IMG/VR virus record: IMGVR_UViG_3300045135_000745
Location: 1 to 64,000 of that record
Reading direction: 5' to 3' (one strand)
Source of the DNA: a virus
DNA: 64,000 nt
The notes under the pieces were generated by a model, which saw only the letters and a list, made by a program, of their open reading frames with translations, had not been told where the DNA came from and ran no database searches. A program made the position numbers and the translations under genes. The number at the start of each line of letters is the position of its first letter. Positions within the stretch are counted from its first letter, which is position 1. Of the stretch, positions 28,643 to 38,329 are shown one piece after another.

Positions 28643-29489
28643 AATTTGGCCATCCAGATTTATCACTATCACCATCCTCCATACTATATATTGACGTGGT
28701 AAATCCATAGTCGCTATCGGGTGATGCATCTAATGGATTAGGTTCTACCACAATTCTAGATGAAGGGCTATAAAGGGCAAAGGCCCCATCAGAGTCAATC
28801 GTATCGTGCAGTAAAGTACCATCCGAATCCCGGGCAGCATTCGACGTATAAAGATCCACAATAGATTTTCTAATAATCGCCGTTTCAGTAATCGGACCGT
28901 AGAAGTTAGCCGTCATGGAAAAATCTAAAACGTATTGTATAATACGCCTTTGATCCAAAGACCCCTCATATGCATCCGAGTAACTAATGCCATTAAGTGT
29001 AATGGGAACATCTTCTTTAATATCACTATAATCGGCAAAAGGCTTAATAGTCAAAGTATATTGTGGTGCAAAGTTCGGAAGGATCTGTTCTATAATCTGC
29101 AGAGCATCGTCCTGGGTCTTTGCATATACGTTTAACTGGAACCCAATAATATATGGTGTAAATGTGTAAATTTTATTACGAGTATTACCACTACCTTTGT
29201 TAAGGTTGTTAACTTTTTGCAACTGTCGTTGCGAGTCATACTGATAGGAAGTAATTTCAAAAGACATACGAGGTAACTTAATAGCTACTTTTGTGTCATT
29301 CTGTAGATCTGGATTCTCACGAATACGATCTAAGAAGCTAGTGCTTGGTGCATACGACAGCGGTACACGAGCTTGACTAATAACTTTGTTTGTATTATCT
29401 GTGCGAACTACGTAGATGTTATTAAAGAGTGAGCCAAACATAGCCACGCTTTTGCGGATTCTTTCGTGATAAAAATGGCTGCCTAACAT
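28635..29489 (-). CDS. gp15: tail sheath stabiliser/terminator
   Basis: HFYH..IRK....FG.LFNNI, VPLSYAP, LPRMSFE, QIIEQILP.F. Confidence 0.93.
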   Translation of the reverse strand: MLGSHFYHERIRKSVAMFGSLFNNIYVVRTDNTNKVISQARVPLSYAPSTSFLDRIRENPDLQNDTKVAIKLPRMSFEITSYQYDSQRQLQKVNNLNKGSGNTRNKIYTFTPYIIGFQLNVYAKTQDDALQIIEQILPNFAPQYTLTIKPFADYSDIKEDVPITLNGISYSDAYEGSLDQRRIIQYVLDFSMTANFYGPITETAIIRKSIVDLYTSNAARDSDGTLLHDTIDSDGAFALYSPSSRIVVEPNPLDASPDSDYGFTTSIYSMEDGDSDKSGWPNYV

Positions 29490-30406
29490 TACTGTGGATC
29501 TCCAAACGGATTGCTTTCACTGAAGTCTAAGAAACCCATGTCTGTGTCAGTGGTATCAAAGAAGTCATTCTTTTCGTTTTCTGCTAATTGATTCACTTCA
29601 GACACCGCCGTGGCAGAAGCGATAGAAAGAAGAGGGTCTACAATAGATCCTGATGAATCTTTATCTTCAGTACCGATGATCTGTCTACCGGTTACAAACG
29701 TATGATAGTTACCGTCATCTGCACCCACATGAATAAGGTGCAAGATATTATCTGAATCAGAGAACGCTGCAACTTCGCCTGATACGATTGTTCCAGTTGA
29801 CAGTGTCTGATTGACAGTCTCACCGATCGACCATCCAAACGAAGCGCTATCAAGTGTGACGAGATACTTGTAAGCATAGTCACGTTCAACCGTATCAATA
29901 GCATCTACACCGGTATCAAGATTTTCACCGCTGTACTCAAAGAGTTCACAACGTAACTTATAAGTAGGTAGGTTACTGAGCTGATAGAAAGGTTGTTCGT
30001 GCTCTACAGCCATAATCTGGAACATAGAATTTGATAGTGGCAGATAAATTACGTCGCCCTCAAGCGGTCTAATTGCCTGAATCTCGTTGTCGTACCTTGC
30101 CACAGTTTGTGACCAGCGCTTGCGAGCTACAATGAAAGTAGCTTGGTCACGAATCTCTACCCCAAACTTAGTGAAAAGATCTCCTTCACCGTCAAAACCT
30201 TCCGTGTTCTCTATGTACATCTCTACTTTATAAGAAGAGTTGAAGCTTGATTGGATATCTTCACCGAGGATTTTATCTTCAGTTACTAAATCTCTTGGCA
30301 GATAATAAACGTCTTGACCATAGATCTTAAGAGATTCTATGATAATATCTTCGTATAGATTTTGTTCTGATTTAACCTTTTGGCTAAAGTAGTGGTTAGT
30401 TGCCAT
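29489..30406 (-). CDS. gp14: neck protein
   Basis: EQNLYEDIIIES...G.DVYYLPR, KFGVEIRD, PFYQL, DFSESNPFG. Confidence 0.93.
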   Translation of the reverse strand: MATNHYFSQKVKSEQNLYEDIIIESLKIYGQDVYYLPRDLVTEDKILGEDIQSSFNSSYKVEMYIENTEGFDGEGDLFTKFGVEIRDQATFIVARKRWSQTVARYDNEIQAIRPLEGDVIYLPLSNSMFQIMAVEHEQPFYQLSNLPTYKLRCELFEYSGENLDTGVDAIDTVERDYAYKYLVTLDSASFGWSIGETVNQTLSTGTIVSGEVAAFSDSDNILHLIHVGADDGNYHTFVTGRQIIGTEDKDSSGSIVDPLLSIASATAVSEVNQLAENEKNDFFDTTDTDMGFLDFSESNPFGDPQ

Positions 30407-30410
30407 TTTC

Positions 30411-31166
30411 TTATCCTACGAAGAAGTCTGCGGGCATCTCAAAGTCCATGCGAATCTTTTCTCTTAGACGCTCAATCTCTTGTAGTGCGTCTTCGAAGAT
30501 CTGTCTACCGTTAAGTGTCACACCACCAGGCATCTGCATTCCTTCAAACTTAATTAGGTTTGCACCCCATTGGTGTTTAATTAAGGCGGTGGTATATTCT
30601 TTTAACCACATATCATTCCATACTTTAGAGTGTGCACTAGAATCTACAGTCTTAAATGCTTCATATACAATATAATCTCCCGCCTCTACGTCTTTATCAT
30701 TAAAGTCGCCATGAAGATATAATCGGTTCATTTTACGGGAATAGGTAGTCTGTGGTTCTCCATTAAGCTTCATATCCAGAAGTGAAAGGTATTGGTTAAG
30801 CTGCTCATAGTACGCCAAGTCACCCGAAAAGTTTTGCATATCTGCAATATCATTTAACATCATCTGATATTTAATATCAAAGAAGTTAAATGAAGTATTA
30901 AAACTCGATGAAATACGGAACATCCTACTTACGTAGATCACATCATTTGGAACAGTGACATATTCATTCGATACGTCACTGTCACCTACAAGCTGTGATA
31001 CATATGTTCTATATGTTGCATCACTATGAAACTCTTGCCAGTACTGTAGGGCTTCATCGACACGGTCCTCTAGTTGATCAATATCCACATTGATCTCGAT
31101 AACCGGATCACCAAGTCTTCTTAAACAGTAATCAATGAGACCTTGTCTGCTAGATGGATTCGCCAT
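30411..31166 (-). CDS. gp13: neck protein
   Basis: YCLRRLG.PVIEINV, WLKEY.TALIK.QWG.NL.KF, PGGVTLNG. Confidence 0.94.
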   Translation of the reverse strand: MANPSSRQGLIDYCLRRLGDPVIEINVDIDQLEDRVDEALQYWQEFHSDATYRTYVSQLVGDSDVSNEYVTVPNDVIYVSRMFRISSSFNTSFNFFDIKYQMMLNDIADMQNFSGDLAYYEQLNQYLSLLDMKLNGEPQTTYSRKMNRLYLHGDFNDKDVEAGDYIVYEAFKTVDSSAHSKVWNDMWLKEYTTALIKHQWGANLIKFEGMQMPGGVTLNGRQIFEDALQEIERLREKIRMDFEMPADFFVG

Positions 31167-31187
31167 GGTTTGTTTCCTATTTTATAC

Positions 31188-31201
31188 TATTTATATTTAT
31201 A
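31188..31201 (-). promoter_or_regulatory. two overlapping late promoters TATAAATA for gp13
   Basis: TATTTATA at 31188-31195 and 31194-31201. Confidence 0.65.
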
Positions 31202-31652
31202 CCGGTTTAGTTGGCCAGTTAACAGTAGTGGGAAATCCTTCTTGCTGCGGTACATCTCGAAGCGCTTGACAATAATCAATCCATTCTTGGGATGGATTCA
31301 TATCACTTCTAAATCTCCAATCAGTTTCAGCTAAAAAAGCATCCCGCTGACCTCTGACAGCTTCCCCGGCAGCTTCGTTTCTTATAACTAATTCTTCTGC
31401 TGAAAGATCTGTTACGGTCCAACCTAGTTCCCATACCTCATCATTTAATGTAGGTAAATCATTTTCTTTTATTTTTTGAGTATTAGGATTATAAGAAGGT
31501 TGGTTTAATATTGTAACCGGAAATACGTTAAATTCAGCTAATGCTTCATTAGTAGGTTCCGGGGGAAATGAGGTATTAGGATAATCTGCTTTAAGATCTT
31601 TCAATGTATAAGGATATACAGTTTCTTCAGCAGTATGTTTTACATAAGTCAT
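31197..31652 (-). CDS. tail fibre assembly chaperone-like protein
   Basis: C-terminal R.QRD..L.ETDW..W..Y.QALRDVPQQEGFP..V.WP.KP. Confidence 0.8.
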   Translation of the reverse strand: MTYVKHTAEETVYPYTLKDLKADYPNTSFPPEPTNEALAEFNVFPVTILNQPSYNPNTQKIKENDLPTLNDEVWELGWTVTDLSAEELVIRNEAAGEAVRGQRDAFLAETDWRFRSDMNPSQEWIDYCQALRDVPQQEGFPTTVNWPTKPV

Positions 31653-31667
31653 TTGTGTCCCTATCGA

Positions 31668-32315
31668 TTAAAAGGATAAAGTTATAATATTCCATGCGTT
31701 TGCTTCATTAAATAATACACTTGCAGATGTAACTGTATAGTTACCCGTATAACCAGTATTCTCTGTATTTAATGTTGCAGCGCAATGTATATAATTTAAA
31801 TCTAAATTAAAATCTTGATAGCTTAAATTCATATTTGAAGTTCGTGCCTGATAAGCGCCTTGTCCAGCCATTACTATATGAGGTAATGTGGAATTTACTG
31901 GGATAGTAGTAGAAAATGTTTGAGTGCTATTTCCGGTATAAACATTTGTAACCCCAGTAACTTTTTTATTAAATCTATACAATGCATTACATTGTCTTCG
32001 GTCAAAATTACCTGAGCCTATAGCATTAAAAGCTTGTGCTTCTGTACCATTACAAATTCTATATCCAAGTTTAATGGTTTCTATATAAGAACCGCTCCAA
32101 GGACTACCTGTACGAGCATTTATCTGTGTGATACCAGATGCAAATGTGCAGTTAAACGCATAACCACCTATAAAAGAGATTAATAAATCCCCATCTTGTG
32201 GGGCTTCAGATAATGTGGGTGCAGTAGAAGTTCCTATAACTGCACTTACAAGACTACCAGTTATAGCGCCACCACCAACACCCCCGGCGCCTGCAGCTTT
32301 TTTATATAAAAACAT
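31668..32315 (-). CDS. putative fibre tip / receptor-binding protein
   Basis: N-terminal AAGAGG linker, beta-rich, next to the chaperone; AT-rich. Confidence 0.5.
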   Translation of the reverse strand: MFLYKKAAGAGGVGGGAITGSLVSAVIGTSTAPTLSEAPQDGDLLISFIGGYAFNCTFASGITQINARTGSPWSGSYIETIKLGYRICNGTEAQAFNAIGSGNFDRRQCNALYRFNKKVTGVTNVYTGNSTQTFSTTIPVNSTLPHIVMAGQGAYQARTSNMNLSYQDFNLDLNYIHCAATLNTENTGYTGNYTVTSASVLFNEANAWNIITLSF

Positions 32316-32788
32316 TATCCATTTCCTACTAATACACCATAATAGGTATTATCCATTTTCCACATCGATATAGCAGTATATCCAGTCGCAGCCATATCAG
32401 GAGCTGTTCCACCATTATTTAACCAAGTCATAGTTGGCCAAGTTACGGTATATGCACCCGCATTTAGTAGCAATAATATCGACTGCCCATTATCCCATAA
32501 TAAAGGCGAAATCGTAGTGTTAGCATTCAAGGTATATCGGTGTATCCCTCCTTGATCGGGGTTAACTGAGAGTGTTCCTCCCCATGTGAATCCAAATACT
32601 GTTTCAGTTAAATAAGTAACAGTATCACCGCTGCTGAGGATTCCTGCGGGTAAATGATCGGCGATGTTTGCAGTCGTTACAGCACTAGTAGGTAAGCTAT
32701 TCGCAATATTTTCAGTGGTAATAATTGATTGAGGCAAAATTGCCGTAGAAAAAGTTTGACTAAATCTATCTGATAATCTTCGTGGCAT
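32315..32788 (-). CDS. putative fibre-associated structural protein
   Basis: GQSILL...AYTVTWP...W..GG.AP motif common in phage fibre modules. Confidence 0.55.
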   Translation of the reverse strand: MPRRLSDRFSQTFSTAILPQSIITTENIANSLPTSAVTTANIADHLPAGILSSGDTVTYLTETVFGFTWGGTLSVNPDQGGIHRYTLNANTTISPLLWDNGQSILLLLNAGAYTVTWPTMTWLNNGGTAPDMAATGYTAISMWKMDNTYYGVLVGNG

Positions 32789-32798
32789 ATTCTACCCC

Positions 32799-34256
32799 TT
32801 ATGCGCTATAGATCGTTTTTAGTGCGGTACCGCTTGAATTGTAAATTATTAAACTGTCGTTGCTATGTACAATACCAGGATTTGAGTATACTTGCCATGT
32901 AGTACCATCGTATATGAATTGAACTTGTGCACCAGAAATGTCTAAAAGATAATCATCAGCAACCGATTCGATAGTTTGTCCATTTCTTGCTACTGTCAAA
33001 TTATTTGATGCCCAACTTCCGCCATCTCCCACAATAACCTGATCACCAGTACTTGGTGTGGCTGGAAGAGTTAATGTCCATGCACCACCAGTAGTATCTG
33101 CAATAATACCTTCACCGGCAGCAGCAGTATATGTTGTAGTTTTTTTGGTAAAAGTAATACCGCCACCACCACCACCACCAGAGCCCCAACTAAATGAACC
33201 ATCACCGTCAGAAAGAAGTGCTTGACCTGCTGTACCATTACCCGAAACATTTAGTTCATTAGCACCAACTACATTAGCCGCAATCTGAGCATTAATAGAG
33301 GTAGTACCAGAACCAGTTAAATCACCAGATAATGTAATTGTCTGGTTTCCGGTCAAATATGATCCTGCTGGTTGAATTCCTGCTTCAGCTAATGTATTAT
33401 TAACCCAAGCGCTTCCATTCCATTTTAAAATTTCACCAGACGTATTGCTTGTAATAGTAGTATTCGATAAACCGTCTAATGTGTGGTTATGAGATGTTTG
33501 AGAGAAAGAGCTTGCCTGAATACCATCCAATGTATCGGCATCAAGACCTGAACCTGAACCATCTACCGTTTTTATAAGTGTTAGGATTTCAGAAGCTGTT
33601 TGATCGCCAGTTGCCCCGGCTTCGATACCTGCAAGCTTAGAAGCTTCAGTCGATGTATATCCCTGATAGCCGGTAGCATAGGTAATTGCTAATGTGCCGC
33701 TAGTTGTAACAGGACTTCCTGATATTGCAAACCCGGTTGGAACAGTTGCCGAGACGGAGGTAACCGTGCCTGTATTTGTTGTATAACCACTAGGATTTGT
33801 TGCAAGATAAAAAGCGGTTGCATGATTTCCATCAAGCAAGTCAGCATCAAGACCAGAAGCAGCACCATCAACAGTTTTGATCGCAGTAAGGATTTCTGAG
33901 GCAGTCTGATCGGCAGTAGCACCTGCTTCAATACCCGCTAATTTAGAAGCTTCAGTGGATGTATATCCCTGATAGCCTGCTGAATATGTAATAGAAAAAG
34001 TACCGCTTGTAGTAATCGGGCTTCCTGATATTGCAAAGCCAGTCGGAACAGTAGTTGCTACTGATGTAACTGTACCGGTATTTGTTGTATAACCCGCGCC
34101 GTTTGTTAATTGATTATTGTTTGTCGGAATTGTAGGGGTATTAGTAAAGTTATTATAATCTAAGTAGTATGAAGAAGCTTGCCCATTAAGCTTCACGGCA
34201 CCAGTAGAATCTATGTAATTATTAATTTGGGATAAGTCAAAAGATCTTGAACTCAT
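32799..34256 (-). CDS. tail fibre-like protein with a 102-aa internal duplication
   Basis: GLDADLLDG and KLAGIEAGAT fibre repeats, TLPATPSTGD..V module. Confidence 0.8.
   Translation of the reverse strand: MSSRSFDLSQINNYIDSTGAVKLNGQASSYYLDYNNFTNTPTIPTNNNQLTNGAGYTTNTGTVTSVATTVPTGFAISGSPITTSGTFSITYSAGYQGYTSTEASKLAGIEAGATADQTASEILTAIKTVDGAASGLDADLLDGNHATAFYLATNPSGYTTNTGTVTSVSATVPTGFAISGSPVTTSGTLAITYATGYQGYTSTEASKLAGIEAGATGDQTASEILTLIKTVDGSGSGLDADTLDGIQASSFSQTSHNHTLDGLSNTTITSNTSGEILKWNGSAWVNNTLAEAGIQPAGSYLTGNQTITLSGDLTGSGTTSINAQIAANVVGANELNVSGNGTAGQALLSDGDGSFSWGSGGGGGGGITFTKKTTTYTAAAGEGIIADTTGGAWTLTLPATPSTGDQVIVGDGGSWASNNLTVARNGQTIESVADDYLLDISGAQVQFIYDGTTWQVYSNPGIVHSNDSLIIYNSSGTALKTIYSA
33520..34094 (-). 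repeat. diverged tandem duplication (306-nt period) within the fibre gene
   Basis: GYTTNTGTVTSV...GLDAD.LDG occurs twice. Confidence 0.85.
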
Positions 34257-34266
34257 TTTCTATACC

Positions 34267-34920
34267 TTATGTTGTCGGGCTGTACATAGTTTTTAAAGCT
34301 GTACCACTAGAATTATAAATCGTTAAAGTTTGAACCCCAGCAAAATTAGAACTAGTAATATCATTATAAGTTGCAACATTAAATGTTGTAAATGCTATAA
34401 CTTGTAAGTCATCTCCAGCAGTTGCGCCACTATTTAAAACAATACTAGTTCCGTTTGATGCTGTATAATCATCCCCAGGTCTTAAAACAATACCGTTTAA
34501 AGAAACTATAATACTACCAACGGTATAACTTAACGTAGCGGCATTATCATCAGCCCCGGTAAAAGTAGTTTGTCCCCCGGTAGCAGTATATTCATATATT
34601 GTTAATGTCTGACTTGCTGCGTCAGCAAATGATAAATTACCAGCACCGTCAGTTTTTATAACTTGACCGTTAGAACCATCTGAGGTGGGTAATGTAAATG
34701 TATTAACGAATGAGGTAAGATTTGCATCATATGCTTGAATAGTAGACCCAATCTTATTATCAATAAGATCTGAATCTACAAAATTCTTAATTATGTTTGA
34801 GGAATTTTTATAGTAAAGTCTACCATCAGCATAGTTGAGGGCAACTTCGCCATATTCTAGATCACCAGTTCCTGGTGCATTACTAGATACAGATGATTTT
34901 TTAAGTAGGACTTTTGCCAT
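34267..34920 (-). CDS. fibre/virion structural protein
   Basis: LKKSSV...P...DL.YGEVALNYADG.LYYK N-terminus, YTATGGQTTF module. Confidence 0.75.
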   Translation of the reverse strand: MAKVLLKKSSVSSNAPGTGDLEYGEVALNYADGRLYYKNSSNIIKNFVDSDLIDNKIGSTIQAYDANLTSFVNTFTLPTSDGSNGQVIKTDGAGNLSFADAASQTLTIYEYTATGGQTTFTGADDNAATLSYTVGSIIVSLNGIVLRPGDDYTASNGTSIVLNSGATAGDDLQVIAFTTFNVATYNDITSSNFAGVQTLTIYNSSGTALKTMYSPTT

Positions 34921-34984
34921 AGTAATTCCTTAAAAAAGGGTTTAGTTTAGAGTCTGGAATATAAAAATATCCCAGACTTTCAGT

Positions 34985-34992
34985 TATTTATA
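34985..34992 (-). promoter_or_regulatory. late promoter TATAAATA
   Basis: Exact consensus, intergenic. Confidence 0.65.
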
Positions 34993-34993
34993 A

Positions 34994-36577
34994 TTAGAAT
35001 GTGCCGCCATCAATAGTGGCAAGAGCAACTGCACCAGCGGTAACTGTAAACTCATTTGCATCAAAACTTGCAACACCCTTGTTAGAAGAGCTAGCAAGCT
35101 CTGCTGCAAAAGTGATTGTACCAGCGCCATCGTCATATGTAATGTCGAGACCTTCGCCTTCGGCAAAAGTGCTGCTAACAAGGTGATCTTCAAGAACTTC
35201 TTTCCAATCAACCCCAGCAAACTCAAGTGATGTAGAACCTGTCATATTCAGGGTCTTGTTCATCTCCCATTCATCGTTTGCACCGTTGAATGTAAAGGTA
35301 GCTTTCGTGCCTGAGTAAAGCGCTCCACCGATTGTAATACCAGCACCATCCGCTGCGGCAGCGTTACCAGCTGAATCGGCAAGAACCATATTTAAATCAT
35401 TGATGGAAACTGTAGTTGAGTTAACTGTTGTCGTAGTACCTTGTACTGTAAGACTACCACGAATAATAACGTCACCGCCATCAGAATCAATTGGGTTTGG
35501 ATCGAGGTAAAGAACGCCAGTTGTAGATGCGACAGTATTATCAAGGATCCTAATATTATCAACATCAATCTGGGTTAAGCCAGCAATAGTTGTTGATGTT
35601 GCACCTAAAGCAATATTAGTAGAACCAATAGTTAAACTGGAGTTAGCGAGTTCAGCGTTAGCAACACCGCCATTTTTAATCGTAACTAAACCAGATGAAA
35701 CCGCAAAGTTATCTGAGCTAAATTGTGCAATACCTTTTGCCGAGGTAGAAGCATTATCACCAGCAACTGTAACAGTATTATCAGTTACCGTTGTAGTAAT
35801 ACCAGAGCCACCTGTGAAGGTCAGAGTATCCGAAGAGGTAACAGTGTCTGTACCAGTATCACCAGCAATAGCTAAATCCGTGGAGATCGAAGCTGTGCCC
35901 GCTGCTGTTAAACGACCTTGCTGATCAACCGTAAATGTCGGAATAGCAGTTGAAGAACCATAAGACCCAGCAGTTACTGCTGTATTATCCAGGTCAATAG
36001 TAATAGTGTTATTAGTAACTGTAGTTGTAATACCAGTATCACCGGAGAATGTGACAGTCTCTTGACCGGCAACTGCATCAGGTGTACCACCATCTGCTGC
36101 TAAAGTAAAGATGGTTGAGCCACCAGCAAACTGGTCGTCAACATATTTTTTAGTAGCAGCATCCTGATTTGATGTAGGATCAACCACGTTAGTAATTTTA
36201 GAAGTAGCAACGTCTACTGCCCCGGAACCATTAGGGCTAAGTACGATATTACCATTCGTATCTGTTGAGCTGATCGTATTACCATTCAGATCAAGGTTAT
36301 CGACTTTTAAGTTATCGATCTTACTTGATGCATCGACGATAATTGCACTGGAGGCTGTAAGCGTACCAGCGACATGATCAAGCATATTAGTAAAATATTC
36401 ACCGCCGACTACGACGATTGATGTTGCGTTACCTGAGCCATCGTCACCCTTACCAAAAAACAGGCGGTCGCCTGAATTGGCCTGAGTGCCTGTTCCCATT
36501 GCATAGGCTATCTCGGCCGTTTTCAGGGAGCCTGGTGCCGAGGTGCCCGTAGATCTTTTGATTCTAATTACGGCCAT
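34994..36577 (-). CDS. fibre-like virion structural protein
   Basis: IRIKRS.G..AP N-terminus, DAATKKYVD, TVDQQGRLT, C-terminal DGGTF. Confidence 0.8.
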   Translation of the reverse strand: MAVIRIKRSTGTSAPGSLKTAEIAYAMGTGTQANSGDRLFFGKGDDGSGNATSIVVVGGEYFTNMLDHVAGTLTASSAIIVDASSKIDNLKVDNLDLNGNTISSTDTNGNIVLSPNGSGAVDVATSKITNVVDPTSNQDAATKKYVDDQFAGGSTIFTLAADGGTPDAVAGQETVTFSGDTGITTTVTNNTITIDLDNTAVTAGSYGSSTAIPTFTVDQQGRLTAAGTASISTDLAIAGDTGTDTVTSSDTLTFTGGSGITTTVTDNTVTVAGDNASTSAKGIAQFSSDNFAVSSGLVTIKNGGVANAELANSSLTIGSTNIALGATSTTIAGLTQIDVDNIRILDNTVASTTGVLYLDPNPIDSDGGDVIIRGSLTVQGTTTTVNSTTVSINDLNMVLADSAGNAAAADGAGITIGGALYSGTKATFTFNGANDEWEMNKTLNMTGSTSLEFAGVDWKEVLEDHLVSSTFAEGEGLDITYDDGAGTITFAAELASSSNKGVASFDANEFTVTAGAVALATIDGGTF

Positions 36578-36849
36578 TAGAAGTTGCCTCCGTTAAATGT
36601 AGTATTCGTATTTGTTAATTCAACTTTGGATTCAAAGTTTTGTGTTCCATCATTATATACTAGTAACGCGCCATCGGTAACGCCTGTGATATCGATACCA
36701 GCAAGAGAACCGAGTTCAATATCTCCAGAGGTGACTCTTCGCACAATTCTAACCGGCGTACCCACGGTAACTTTTTTAATGGTAGTTTGACTACCGGTAA
36801 CAGCTGTACGACTAACACTGCTTTGACCTGTAGTAATTCTAATTGCCAT
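36577..36849 (-). CDS. small virion structural protein
   Basis: DGALLVYN module, C-terminal GGNF. Confidence 0.6.
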   Translation of the reverse strand: MAIRITTGQSSVSRTAVTGSQTTIKKVTVGTPVRIVRRVTSGDIELGSLAGIDITGVTDGALLVYNDGTQNFESKVELTNTNTTFNGGNF

Positions 36850-36851
36850 TC

Positions 36852-37208
36852 TTACCTCGTGACCGACGGTGTTACTTCAAGATTTCCTTCCAATACTCTT
36901 TCAATGATAGTGTTTCCGGCACTATCATTATAAGAGATTTCCACATCATAAACCCAACGTCCAGGCTTCATAGCATCCGTCTGGGCGTTGGTTAATTCTA
37001 AAACTAATTTTCCGAGGGGTCTATTAACTTCTGTAAGGGTAGCAGTGAAATTTACCGTATTATCGCTATCTGCGTTATACGATCTTTTCGCCTTAGCTGC
37101 TGCACTAAAGCCATTCAAATTTTTTACAGATCCATCTTTATCGAGTAGTTCTAACTCGATTGCTACATCGGCGCCTTGGTCGATAGTGAATTCTTCGAAT
37201 TGAGCCAT
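36852..37208 (-). CDS. virion structural protein (IDQG..YDVE..RVLEG..V.P.VTR family)
   Basis: Motif widespread in marine T4-like phage fibre regions. Confidence 0.75.
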   Translation of the reverse strand: MAQFEEFTIDQGADVAIELELLDKDGSVKNLNGFSAAAKAKRSYNADSDNTVNFTATLTEVNRPLGKLVLELTNAQTDAMKPGRWVYDVEISYNDSAGNTIIERVLEGNLEVTPSVTR

Positions 37209-37233
37209 AGTATCCTCTTGAATATCTTACCAT

Positions 37234-37241
37234 TATTTATA
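37234..37241 (-). promoter_or_regulatory. late promoter TATAAATA
   Basis: Exact consensus upstream of the fibre operon. Confidence 0.7.
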
Positions 37242-37270
37242 ATAGTTTTCATTTGAAGATTTAGATATAT

Positions 37271-37306
37271 TAGGGGGATTTACAAACTAATGTTTATTGG
37301 TATAAT
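37271..37306 (+). promoter_or_regulatory. TAGGGGG-ATTTACA-N16-TATAAT promoter-like element, antisense to the radical SAM cluster
   Basis: Consensus -10 with TGn extension; no + strand gene follows. Confidence 0.5.
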
Positions 37307-37315
37307 AGAATAGGC

Positions 37316-38329
37316 TTATTCGGAGGGGGTTATATAACTATCAAGTAACCAAGTAGAAATCTGATTGTTAATCAGATGATCAATCTTATCATAATTGTAG
37401 TTTGACCGAGGTAATCTATCTAATTCTTCTTTTAGCGTATTGTAGATCTTTTTCAACTTTTCTAATGATAGATTCCAAATAGCACAGTGCTCCGGATATC
37501 GAATAGTATTGTACCAAAGCTTGACGTGGTGCTTGTGAGTCCATCTCGCAAACTCTACCATCTCATCCCAATTTTGTCGCATTGGATTAACCATAATGGA
37601 AAGATCCCGGTTACCCTCTTTACAGTACTTATTAAAGATCTCGAAGTTTTTAAATAACATCTGTAGATCGCCGTTAATACGGATCTCAGCATAACGTTCA
37701 GGAATAAGACTATCAATGGAGATGTTGATATGGATGTTGCACATATCTAGGATTTTCTGAACACGCTTATTATACACTGTGCCATTTGTAGCGATATTAA
37801 CTTTTAATCCTGGATTTAGTTCAGCAACATCTTCACAGATATCAAGAACAATCTTCTGTGCAAATGGTTCACCACCATTGAATCGTAATTCTTCCAGGTG
37901 TGGTATAAACTCTCTTAGCTGCTCACGGAATGATTCATCATAGATCTGTGGTAAAGGCGGTAGCTTATCACGATTCTTACGAATGCCAGAAGATAGTACA
38001 CCAGAACACATAACACATTCTAGGTTACATTGGTTACTCAGTTCCAGTTCCATGAGACTGGGATATTCTTTTACAGTAAACTGATCGTAAGCCTTTGCAA
38101 GCGGCCAAACGCCATTGTCAATATCTTTCTTACACTCTGCACACTTACCGAGAAACACGTCATTAGCAATATTATCTCTGATTCGTTGATAGTGCTCGCC
38201 AAACCAAATATCACGAATAGATCTTTCTGGTGACCAACGATCAATAGCACCAACAGTAAGCCAGCAAGGTGCAACTGTACCAAATACAGTAAAGTACATG
38301 TTATTGACTGGTGCTTTACATATAGGCAT
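37316..38329 (-). CDS. radical SAM protein with N-terminal SPASM/twitch domain
   Basis: CNLECVMC, GGEPF, TNGT, SIDS; N-terminal C..P...PCW...CAEC. Confidence 0.9.
   Translation of the reverse strand: MPICKAPVNNMYFTVFGTVAPCWLTVGAIDRWSPERSIRDIWFGEHYQRIRDNIANDVFLGKCAECKKDIDNGVWPLAKAYDQFTVKEYPSLMELELSNQCNLECVMCSGVLSSGIRKNRDKLPPLPQIYDESFREQLREFIPHLEELRFNGGEPFAQKIVLDICEDVAELNPGLKVNIATNGTVYNKRVQKILDMCNIHINISIDSLIPERYAEIRINGDLQMLFKNFEIFNKYCKEGNRDLSIMVNPMRQNWDEMVEFARWTHKHHVKLWYNTIRYPEHCAIWNLSLEKLKKIYNTLKEELDRLPRSNYNYDKIDHLINNQISTWLLDSYITPSE

Noticed and set aside
33520-34094. DGR TR/VR pair
   Set aside because: Differences are mostly synonymous and not A-specific; this is an ordinary fibre repeat
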